Source: an uncultured Planctomycetales bacterium
GTDB taxonomy: Bacteria > Planctomycetota > UBA1135
Direction: 5' to 3'
Length of the DNA stretch: 64,000 bases
Assembly (NCBI GenBank): GCA_964482495.1
Contig: CAYZXS010000007.1
Span: 34,573-98,572 of the forward strand
The position numbers and the translations under genes were made by a program. The notes beneath the pieces are model-generated. The model was not told the DNA's origin and ran no database searches. It saw only the letters and a program-made list of their open reading frames with translations. The first letter of the stretch is position 1, and the number at the start of each line of letters is the position of its first letter. Positions 8,591 to 16,123 of this stretch are shown here, one piece after another.

Positions 8591-9610
8591 CTACTCCGCC
8601 AGCAGCTCCTTGATCTTCGCCTCGAGCTCGTCGCCGCGCAGGTTCTTGGCCCGGATCACGCCCTCGCCGTCGAGCACGAAGATCGTCGGCCAGCCGGTCA
8701 CCCCCCACTGGGTGGCGATCGGGCCGCCGATCAGGCCGCCGTCGAAGAAGGACGGCCAGGTGATCTCCTCCTCCTTCATCGCCTTCCGCAGCTCGTCCAC
8801 GTCGTCATCGCTGTTGACGCCCAGGATCACGAAAGGCACGTCCTTCAACTCAGCCACGAGCGACCGCTCGTGCGGGTACATGGCCCGGCAAGGGCCTCAC
8901 CAGTGCCCCCAGAAGTCGAGCACCACCACCTTGCCGCGGTAGTCGCTCAGCTTCATCGGCTTGCCGTCGAGGTCGGCGCCGGTGATCTCCGGCGCGGTCT
9001 GGCCGATCTCCAGCGCCTCGCGCGGGTGGATGTTCTGGTAGGCGTGTGCCATCGCGCCGTAGGTCGAGGCCTTGTAGGGCAGCTCGCCGTATTCCTCGCT
9101 GAGGCGGGTCAGGGCGCGTGCGGCGGCCTTCTTGCTCCGCTCGTCCTTGCTGCGCGAAGCGGCGACGCCGATGCCGAGCAGCGCCGCGGCCTTGACCTCG
9201 TCGTGCGGGGTCAGCTGGTGGATCTTGCGGAACAGCGGGATGCGCTCGTCGCTGCCGAGCACGTAGGCGGAGTCCATGATCTCGGCCAGCCGCGGCGAGG
9301 CGGCGTGATCCTGCAGGATCCGGTCGAGCTGAGCCTTCGCGGTGGCGGCCATCGTGCCCTCCTGGCGCTCCCACCACGCCTGGCCGAACAGCCACAGGCG
9401 GGCGCGGACGGCGACGTCCGGGTCCTTCGCGGTCTCGGCCAGCTCGAGGAAGCGCGAACGGAAGGCCTGGTACTTCTCGGCGTAGCCGAGCTCGGAGGCG
9501 TCGTGCTCGGCGATGAGCGTCTGGTAAGCGTCCGGCGGCGGTCCGGTGTCCTGGGGCGCCGGCAGCGGCGCCGCGAACACCGACAGGGAGAGCAGGGCGG
9601 AGAGGAACAT
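8591..9610 (-). CDS. TlpA/ResA-like thiol:disulfide oxidoreductase with predicted selenocysteine (UGA at 8897-8899) in a U-G-P-C active site
   Basis: Track ORFs 8897..9610 and 8591..8881 are in the same frame, separated only by TGA plus five codons. Joined, they read ...GKVVVLDFWGHW-U-GPCRAMYPHERSLVAELKDVPFVILGVNSDD...WPTIFVLDGEGVI. This is a canonical thioredoxin fold in which the UGA sits exactly where the first Cys of WCGPC belongs. The N-terminus has a signal peptide (MFLSALLSLSVFAAP) and a helical domain. Confidence 0.8.
8855..8899 (-). promoter_or_regulatory. Candidate bacterial SECIS region downstream of UGA 8897-8899
   Basis: The mRNA reads UGA GGC CCU UGC CGG GCC AUG UAC CCG CACGAGC-GGUC-GCUCGUG. 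That gives a perfect 7-bp stem with a GGUC loop starting 24 nt after the UGA (+ strand 8855-8872). Folded by eye only. Confidence 0.45.
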
Positions 9611-9651
9611 GGCTCCAGCCTAGCGGGCTCCCGCCAGCCGAGCCGCCTCGG

Positions 9652-11301
9652 TCAGCGGACGTCGACCTTGTGCCGCCCCAGCACCCGCTTCAGCCCCACC
9701 ACCTTCAGCCCCTCGGGCTTGGCGGCGGTCGGGAAGGCGGTCTTGAGGCCCTTCGGCGGCACCATCAGCCGCCGCCGCTGCAGCTGGCCGTCCTCGCGCC
9801 ACTCCAGGTCGAGCGGCACGTGGAAGCCGGTCTCGCCGCTGCCGCGGTTCTCGACCACGACCCGGATGCGCTCACCCTGGACCTCGGCGGTGCCGCGCAG
9901 CATCGGGTAGCCCTCGCCGTAGACCCACTGCTGGAAGAAGCGGCTCCAGTCCTGGCCGGTGTGCTCCTCGAGCACGGCCTGGAAGTCCTCGGTGCTGGCG
10001 TTGCGGTAGCGGAAGCGCAGGTTGAAGTCCTTGATGCTCTTCCACCAGACCTCGTCGTCGTCGACGTAGTGCCGCAGCGTGTTCAACACCGCGGAGCCCT
10101 TGCGGTAGATCACGCCGGCGTAGGCCTGGCGGCTGTCGACGCCCTCGCCGCGGTAGAGCCGCGAGCGCTTGCGGACGCCGCGGGTCTGCTCCTTGAAGTA
10201 CTGGTCGGCGACCTCGCGGCCGCGGGTGCGCTCGAGGTAGACCCCCTCGGCGTAGGTCCCGAAGCCCTCGTGGATCCAGAAGTGGCCCCAATCGCTGGCG
10301 GAGACCGCGTTCCCCCACCACTCGTGCGCCAGCTCGTGGACTAGGATGAAGTCGAACCAGCGGTTGCGCGAGGCGATCGGGTCGCGGACGCCGTTCTCCT
10401 TGCACCAGGCAGGGTAGCTCGAGCCGTAGGCGATGGCGGTCGAGTGCTCCATGCCCCAGAAGCTGGTCTCGACCAAGGCCAGCTTGGAGTCCGGGAAGGG
10501 GAAGGGGCCGAAGGCCTCGCAGTAGACCCGCATCAACTCCGGCACTTGCTTGAACTGCACCGCCGCCTTCTCGGCGTTCTCGGGCAGGACGTAGTAGACG
10601 AAGGGCAGCGGCTGGTCGTGCCCCGGCAGGCCGCGGAGCTGGTCGGCCACGACCACGTAGGGCGCGACGTTGAGGGTGACGGTGTAGGTCTCGAGCGGGT
10701 AGTCGTGGCGCCAGCGGAAGGTGGTCCAGCCGTCGCCGGCGGACTCGGTCGCGACCAGCCGGCCGTTCGAGACGCCGGTGAGCCCCTCCGGCACCGTCAA
10801 GTCCATGCTGACGCGCTCAGGCTTGTCGTCGGCGTGGAAGAAGTTGGCCTTGCACGGCCACCAGGAGTGGGCGCCCGGACCCTGGCAAGAAGTGCTGACC
10901 CAGGGCGCTCCCGCTTCGGTCCGGGCCCAGTGGAAGCCGGCGAAGCCGTCGAAGGACTTCGGCTGGCCCTGGTAGTCGACCGCGATCGAGAAGGCGCCGC
11001 CGCGGTGCAGCGGCTCGGGCAGCGCGGCGCGGATCCGGGCCTTGGCGTGGGTGAACTCCAGCTCCTGGCCGCCGAAGCGCACGGCGTCGACCTGCCAGAA
11101 GTCGAACAGGTCGAGGACCACGGCGTCGAGGCGCTCGCCGGTGACGAGGGCCTCCATGGTCACGGTGCCGGAGAGCCGCTCGGCGCCGGGATCGACCCGG
11201 AGGTCCAGGTGGTAGGCCTGGACGTCGTAGAGCTCGCGCGGGTCGCCGTCCGACTGGGCGGTCGGCAGGCCGAGCAGGAGCAGCGGGAGGAGGCTGGCCA
11301 T
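9652..11301 (-). CDS. M1-family aminopeptidase (aminopeptidase N-like), secreted
   Basis: Contains HELAHEWWGN (HExxH), WIHEGFGTY (third zinc ligand Glu) and a GMEH variant of the GxMEN exopeptidase motif. Signal peptide MASLLPLLLLGLPTAQS. Confidence 0.95.
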   Translation of the reverse strand: MASLLPLLLLGLPTAQSDGDPRELYDVQAYHLDLRVDPGAERLSGTVTMEALVTGERLDAVVLDLFDFWQVDAVRFGGQELEFTHAKARIRAALPEPLHRGGAFSIAVDYQGQPKSFDGFAGFHWARTEAGAPWVSTSCQGPGAHSWWPCKANFFHADDKPERVSMDLTVPEGLTGVSNGRLVATESAGDGWTTFRWRHDYPLETYTVTLNVAPYVVVADQLRGLPGHDQPLPFVYYVLPENAEKAAVQFKQVPELMRVYCEAFGPFPFPDSKLALVETSFWGMEHSTAIAYGSSYPAWCKENGVRDPIASRNRWFDFILVHELAHEWWGNAVSASDWGHFWIHEGFGTYAEGVYLERTRGREVADQYFKEQTRGVRKRSRLYRGEGVDSRQAYAGVIYRKGSAVLNTLRHYVDDDEVWWKSIKDFNLRFRYRNASTEDFQAVLEEHTGQDWSRFFQQWVYGEGYPMLRGTAEVQGERIRVVVENRGSGETGFHVPLDLEWREDGQLQRRRLMVPPKGLKTAFPTAAKPEGLKVVGLKRVLGRHKVDVR

Positions 11302-11414
11302 TGGGATCCGGGGGGGGCCCGCGGAGCCCTACGGCGCCGCGGCGGATGAGGCGGGCATTTTGGCGGCCGCCGGCCGATCTGCCAATGCCCGAGCGGGCGT
11401 TATGCTCGGGGCCG

Positions 11415-11891
11415 ATGCGACGCCTCATCGAGCTGGCCCTGTTCGCCGTAGTGGCCTTCCTGCTGCTCTCGCGCTGCAATACGCCGATGGTCGGCGAGCA
11501 GGCGCCGGCGCTGCAGGGCGGGCCGTGGGTCGGCGCCGAGCAGGTGGCGCTGCCGACGGAGCCCGAGGCCGGCTGGCGGCTGCTGGCCTTCTTCAACCCC
11601 GGCTGAGGCCCTTGCCGCAAGGAGGCGCCGCGCCTGGTTCAGGTCGACCGCGCCTTCCGCGACCGGGGCCTGCGGGTCTACGGCGTCACCGCCGCCGACG
11701 AGGGCCGCGCCCGCGCCTTCATCGGTGACTTCGCGCTCGGCTACCCGGTGCTGAGCGGCGCCTGGCCGAGCTTCGAGGCCTTCGGGGTCCGCAGCGTGCC
11801 GGCGACCTACCTGGTCGACCCGGAAGGCGGGATCGTCGCCTCGGGACTGGGCGGCATCGAGTCGGAGCTGGCGGCGCGCCTCGGTGGCTGA
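11415..11891 (+). CDS. Membrane-anchored ResA/CcmG/TlpA-like thioredoxin with predicted selenocysteine (UGA at 11604-11606) in a U-G-P-C site
   Basis: The frame of track ORF 11301..11606 continues through the TGA. It reads MRRLIELALFAVVAFLLLSRC...WRLLAFFNPG-U-GPCRKEAPRLVQVDRAFRDRGLRVYGVTAADEGRARAFIGDFALGYPVLSG...VRSVPATYLVDPEGGIVASG...*. The real stop is TGA 11889-11891. The post-UGA half (95 codons) is missing from the track because it has no early start codon. The cis-Pro loop VPATYLVD and the CxxC-equivalent site are both in their expected places. Confidence 0.8.
11604..11652 (+). promoter_or_regulatory. Candidate SECIS region downstream of UGA 11604-11606
   Basis: Hairpin CCUUG-CCG-CAAGG at 11610-11622. 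A second structure has stem CGCG...CGCG (11629-11632 / 11649-11652) enclosing CCUG-GUU-CAGG (11633-11643). By-eye folding, weak. Confidence 0.3.
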
Positions 11892-12273
11892 GGCGGACCG
11901 CCGCTGGCACCTGCGCCGGGCGCTGGCGCTGGCCGGGATGGTCGCCGCCCTGCTGGTCGGCGCGGCCGCGCTGCCCTCGGGTTGCCTGGTGCAGACGCTC
12001 GCCGGACTGCCCTGCCCCGGCTGCGGCCTGAGCTCGGCGGTCGCGGCCACGGTCCGCGGCGACCTCGCCGGCGCCGCGATCCTGCACCCCCTCGGTCCGG
12101 CGGTGGCGGCGATGTTCCTGCTGCTCTTCCTGCTCAGCGCCGCCCAGGCTTGGCGGCCGGCGCGCACTCCGGAAGGGCGCCAGCGGGCGCTGCGGCTGTG
12201 CCGGAGCGCCGACCGCCTGCTGCTCGCCGGCCTGGCTGGCGCCTGGCTCTGGCGCCTGGCGGCGCTAGTCTGA
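11884..12273 (+). CDS. DUF2752-like membrane protein
   Basis: Contains the GLPCPGCGLS motif followed by hydrophobic helices, as is typical of DUF2752. The GTG start overlaps the stop of the upstream thioredoxin gene by 8 nt. Confidence 0.65.
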   Translation: MAEADRRWHLRRALALAGMVAALLVGAAALPSGCLVQTLAGLPCPGCGLSSAVAATVRGDLAGAAILHPLGPAVAAMFLLLFLLSAAQAWRPARTPEGRQRALRLCRSADRLLLAGLAGAWLWRLAALV

Positions 12274-12281
12274 TCCCTCCC

Positions 12282-12449
12282 ATGAGCGTCATCTCCTGCC
12301 CCTCCTGCGGCGGCCAGACCGCCCGCGCCGGATTCGCTGCCTGGCAGTGGATCGTCTCGATCTGCTTCTTCCCGATCGGCCTCCTGTCGCTGCTGGCCGG
12401 CCGCCAGCCGACGACCTGCAGCCACTGCCGCCACGCCTTCACGACCTGA
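12282..12449 (+). CDS. Small LITAF-like zinc-ribbon membrane protein (55 aa)
   Basis: MSVISCPSCGG...(hydrophobic WQWIVSICFFPIGLLSLLAG)...TCSHCRHAFTT. Two CxxC knuckles are split by a hydrophobic hairpin. The gene starts 9 nt after the DUF2752 stop. It lies within the frame of the longer track ORF 11982..12449, whose upstream part is Arg/Pro-rich noise. Confidence 0.5.
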   Translation: MSVISCPSCGGQTARAGFAAWQWIVSICFFPIGLLSLLAGRQPTTCSHCRHAFTT

Positions 12450-12541
12450 TTCGGGGCCAGGCCGAGGGGCCTCTGGGATATCGCAAGCCACGATCTGTTT
12501 GCCCCCGAGGGGTCTGAGAGGGAGGATTCCCCTCCCTCGTC

Positions 12542-14212
12542 ATGTTCGCATCCCTCCTGCTGTCCGCCCTCGCAGCCGCGCCGTCGCCCCAGGACGCCGC
12601 CCAAGAGCTGGTCCCGATCCCCGCCTTCCTGGACTCGCCGCGCTGCGCCTCTTGCCACGAGTCCAGCCCGACGGCGACCGCGATGCGCGACGCCAGCGGC
12701 CGCAGCGTCGCGCCTTACGACCTCTGGCGCGGCACCATGATGGCGAACGCCGGCCGCGACCCGCTGTGGCAAGCGATGGTCTCGGCCGAGGTCGCCGCCC
12801 AGCCGCAGCACCGCGAGTTCATCGAGGACAAGTGCACCAAGTGCCACGCGCCGATGGCCTGGGTCGACGCCCACGAGACCGATCTGACGACTCTGGGAAT
12901 GGACGACTTCCACGGCGAGCACGAGCGGGCGGTGCTGGCCCGCGACGGCGTCTCCTGCACCTTGTGCCACCAGATCACGCCCGACGGCCTGGGCACGGAG
13001 GCCAGCTTCACCGGCGGCTACCGGATCGGCACCGACCTAGAGATCTACGGCCCCTACGGCGACCTGTTCTCGATGCCAATGCGGCGCCACACGGGATACC
13101 AGGCGACCGAATCGGCCCACGTGCGGGATTCGGCGCTGTGCGCGACCTGCCACACGCTGTTCACGCAGGCCCTCGACGAGAGCGGCGACTTCACCGGTCA
13201 CAGCCTGCCCGAGCAGACCCCGTACCTGGAGTGGCGCAACTCGGTCTACAGCACCGAGGTCGCCGAGCCCGGGCCGATGGCCGCGAGCTGCCAGGAGTGC
13301 CACATGCCGGCGACCGATGCCGACGGCGCGCCGATCGCGACCGGCATCGCCCGCAACCCCGCGGGCAACGACTTCCCGCGGGTCGGACCGCGCTCTCCCT
13401 ACGGCCGCCACCTGTTCGTCGGCGGCAACACGGTACTGCCGGCGATCTTCCGCGAGAACGCCGAGGAGCTGGGGGTAGAGGCGCCGGCAGCGGCCTTCGT
13501 CGCGGTCGAGCAGGCCGCCCGCGAGCAGCTGCAGGAGCGCACCGCCGAGCTCGAGCTGGCCGGCGCCCGGCGCGACGGCGACCGGCTGCTGCTCGACTTC
13601 GAGGCCCGCAACCTCGCCGGCCACAAGCTACCGAGCGGCCACCCGCTGCGCCGCGCCTGGCTGCAGGTCACGGTGGCGGACGCCGACGGCGCCCTGATCT
13701 TCGCCAGCGGCCGGGCCGACGACCGCGGCCGGATCCTGGGCGGGGACGGAACGCCGCTGGCCGCCGAGCGGGTCGGAGGACCGGTGGAGCCGCACCACCA
13801 GGTGCTGGAGTCCTCGGACCAGGTCCAGATCTGGGAGGCGGTGATGGAGGACAGCCTCGGCCGGCCGACCTGGAGCCTGCTGGCCGGCGCGGTCTACTTG
13901 AAGGACAACCGCCTGCTGCCGCGGGGATGGGACCCGGGCCACGCCAGCGCTGAGGTGATCGGCGCCATCGGCACCGCTGGCGACGAGGACTTCGTCGGCG
14001 GCGTCGACCGGGTCCGCTACGCGGTCGCGGCTCCGGCCGCGCGCGGGCCGTTCACGGTGCGGGCCGAGCTGCTCTACCAGACCGCCTCGGCGCGCTTCCT
14101 GGACGAGCTGTTCGCCGTCGGCACGCCCGAGACCGCGCGCTTCCAGCGCATGTGGCGCCAGGCGCCGCGGCGGCCGGAGCGGATGGACGCGGTCGCCTAC
14201 CGGGTGGAGTGA
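12542..14212 (+). CDS. Secreted pentaheme c-type cytochrome
   Basis: Five CxxCH motifs: CASCH, CTKCH, CTLCH, CATCH and CQECH. Signal peptide MFASLLLSALAAAPSPQ. Confidence 0.9.
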   Translation: MFASLLLSALAAAPSPQDAAQELVPIPAFLDSPRCASCHESSPTATAMRDASGRSVAPYDLWRGTMMANAGRDPLWQAMVSAEVAAQPQHREFIEDKCTKCHAPMAWVDAHETDLTTLGMDDFHGEHERAVLARDGVSCTLCHQITPDGLGTEASFTGGYRIGTDLEIYGPYGDLFSMPMRRHTGYQATESAHVRDSALCATCHTLFTQALDESGDFTGHSLPEQTPYLEWRNSVYSTEVAEPGPMAASCQECHMPATDADGAPIATGIARNPAGNDFPRVGPRSPYGRHLFVGGNTVLPAIFRENAEELGVEAPAAAFVAVEQAAREQLQERTAELELAGARRDGDRLLLDFEARNLAGHKLPSGHPLRRAWLQVTVADADGALIFASGRADDRGRILGGDGTPLAAERVGGPVEPHHQVLESSDQVQIWEAVMEDSLGRPTWSLLAGAVYLKDNRLLPRGWDPGHASAEVIGAIGTAGDEDFVGGVDRVRYAVAAPAARGPFTVRAELLYQTASARFLDELFAVGTPETARFQRMWRQAPRRPERMDAVAYRVE

Positions 14213-14219
14213 GCGGCGC

Positions 14220-14981
14220 TCAAGCGTCCGCGGCGGGCGCCGCCGCCCCGGCCTCCAGCCGCTCGATCTCGCGGCTGGTGCGGAGGCCGTTCCACCACTG
14301 GGTCGGCCAGAGCAGGAAGTAGGCCATGCCGGCCCAGGCGCCCCAGCGCTCGTTGGCCGCCGCGATCGCCACCGACAGCCCGGCGACGGCGACGCTGATC
14401 AGCTGGGTGCGCATCGAGCCGCGGGTGATCTCCTGCTCGACTGGGTCCAGGCCCAGCTCGACGCGGAGCCGCCAGGCGCGCCAGAACATCAGCGCGAACA
14501 ACCCGAAGATCGCGACCCCGCCGGCGCTGTAGAGGATCATCAGGAGCTGCATATCAGCGTAGCTGTTGATCATCGGCGCTCCGCCAGGGTCGGCGTAGTC
14601 CCAGGGCCGGCCCAGCACCAGGTGGTTGTAGAGCAGGTGGAACAGGAACTTCAGCGGGTAGACGTAGACCAGCACCAGGAACAGCGCGGCGAAGTTCAGC
14701 AGCCGGGTGAGGGCGTCCTCCAGCCCGTAGCGGCGGTGGTAGACGAAGTGCTCGTGCCAGACCAGGATCAGCAGCACGAAGGTGACCAGCAGCACCGGCA
14801 GCTGGACGAAGAACTCCTTCAGCTGCCCCAGGTTCGCCGGCATCTCGGTCGAGACCAGCAGCAGGGTCAGGGCGAAGGCGAAGGCGGCGTCGACGATGCC
14901 CTCGAGCCGCGAGACGTCGCCGCCGCGCCAGCGGAAGCGTTGCTCGCCGGGCAGGGTCTTCGCGAGGTACTGGCTGATCAT
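14220..14981 (-). CDS. TMEM175/DUF1211-family membrane protein (putative K+ channel)
   Basis: RLEGIVDAAFAFALTLLLVS matches the RxxxFxDxxFAxAxTLLV signature of the first helix. Six hydrophobic segments in total. Confidence 0.75.
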   Translation of the reverse strand: MISQYLAKTLPGEQRFRWRGGDVSRLEGIVDAAFAFALTLLLVSTEMPANLGQLKEFFVQLPVLLVTFVLLILVWHEHFVYHRRYGLEDALTRLLNFAALFLVLVYVYPLKFLFHLLYNHLVLGRPWDYADPGGAPMINSYADMQLLMILYSAGGVAIFGLFALMFWRAWRLRVELGLDPVEQEITRGSMRTQLISVAVAGLSVAIAAANERWGAWAGMAYFLLWPTQWWNGLRTSREIERLEAGAAAPAADA

Positions 14982-15025
14982 GCGTCGTCAGCCTAGCAAG
15001 CCGGCGGCGCTACCCTCTCCCCCGC

Positions 15026-16108
15026 ATGCCCGCGCTCCCCTACGTCCTGCGCCGGCCGGCGCTGCTGGCCCGGGACCTGCTGGTCGACCGCCGCGAGCCG
15101 GCGATCGGCAAGCTGCGCGCGATCGAGGACCCGGAGCGCTTCGTGTGGGCGATCCTGCCGCACGCCGCGCGCAGCTTCTCGGCATGCATCACCATGCTGC
15201 CGGCGCGGCTCGCCCGGACGGCGGCCGTGGGTTACCTCTACTGCCGCATGCTCGACACCTACGAGGACCTCGAGCCGGACGTCGAGGCGAGGGTGGCGGC
15301 GCTGGGCGCCTTCGCCGAGCGCATGCACGAGGACGCGCTGCGGCCGGCGGCGGCGATCCAGGATCCGGTGGTGCAGGACCCGCGCGACCGGGCACACCTG
15401 CTGCTGGTGGAGAAGCACGCGCTGGTCGACGCGGTCTACGCCGAGCTGTCCCCCGAGCACCGCAGGCTGGTGCGCGAGGTGGTCGGCGACATGGCCGAGA
15501 GCATGCGCTGGTCGGCGCGCGCCTTCCACGACCAGGGCGGCGTGCTCGAGAGCGGCGAGCAGCTGTCGCGCTACTGCCACGGCGTCATGGGCCAGCCGGT
15601 TCGCTTCGCCTTGCGGCTGAGCCTGAAGCAGCCGCTCACGCCCGAGCAGGAGCAGGACGCGCTGGCGGTGGGCGAGTACGTGCAGCTCGCCAACATCACC
15701 CGCGACGTCGAGAAGGACCTGGCGCGCGGCATCGCCTACCGGCCGGAGCTGCGCGAGGACCTGGGGGCCGACCCAGCGCAGCCGGCGGTGGCCGAACGGG
15801 TGCTGGCCGCGCGCACGGCGCTGCTCGGCCGCGCCCTCGAGCTGGCGCCCTGCTACCGGCGCCTGATCACCAACCTGCCTTTCCCGCGGATCAGCTTCGC
15901 CCGCAGCTCGGCGGTGCTGATGCAGCTCTTCACCGACCGCTTCTACAGCGGCTGCGCCGGGCGGATGGGCCTGCCGCCGTGGCGCAAACCGGTCGGCGGC
16001 GTGCGGCTGATCTTCCGGGCCTTTCCGGCCTTCCTGTCGCCGCGCGGCGCCGCCCGCACGCTCGAGAGCATCGAGCGGGATCTGCTGCGGGCGGCGGCGG
16101 GGATCTGA
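15026..16108 (+). CDS. Squalene/phytoene synthase family protein
   Basis: Two Asp-rich motifs: YLYCRMLDTYEDL (DxxED) and LANITRDVEKDLARG. Confidence 0.85.
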   Translation: MPALPYVLRRPALLARDLLVDRREPAIGKLRAIEDPERFVWAILPHAARSFSACITMLPARLARTAAVGYLYCRMLDTYEDLEPDVEARVAALGAFAERMHEDALRPAAAIQDPVVQDPRDRAHLLLVEKHALVDAVYAELSPEHRRLVREVVGDMAESMRWSARAFHDQGGVLESGEQLSRYCHGVMGQPVRFALRLSLKQPLTPEQEQDALAVGEYVQLANITRDVEKDLARGIAYRPELREDLGADPAQPAVAERVLAARTALLGRALELAPCYRRLITNLPFPRISFARSSAVLMQLFTDRFYSGCAGRMGLPPWRKPVGGVRLIFRAFPAFLSPRGAARTLESIERDLLRAAAGI

Positions 16109-16123
16109 CGAAGGGCGCCGGCG

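Noticed and set aside
8882-8896. The GGCCC-UUGCC-GGGCC hairpin immediately after the first UGA as the SECIS element
   Set aside because: It begins directly at the codon after the UGA, too close compared with known bacterial SECIS spacing. It is formed largely by the GPC codons themselves. The downstream 7-bp hairpin is the better candidate.
8897-8899. Global reassignment of UGA (genetic code 4 or 25) as the explanation for the three in-frame UGAs
   Set aside because: Many well-delimited genes in this window terminate at TGA, often in ATGA or GTGA overlaps with the next start (for example 18795, 20846, 33931 and 42790). UGA is therefore a normal stop here, and any recoding must depend on local context.
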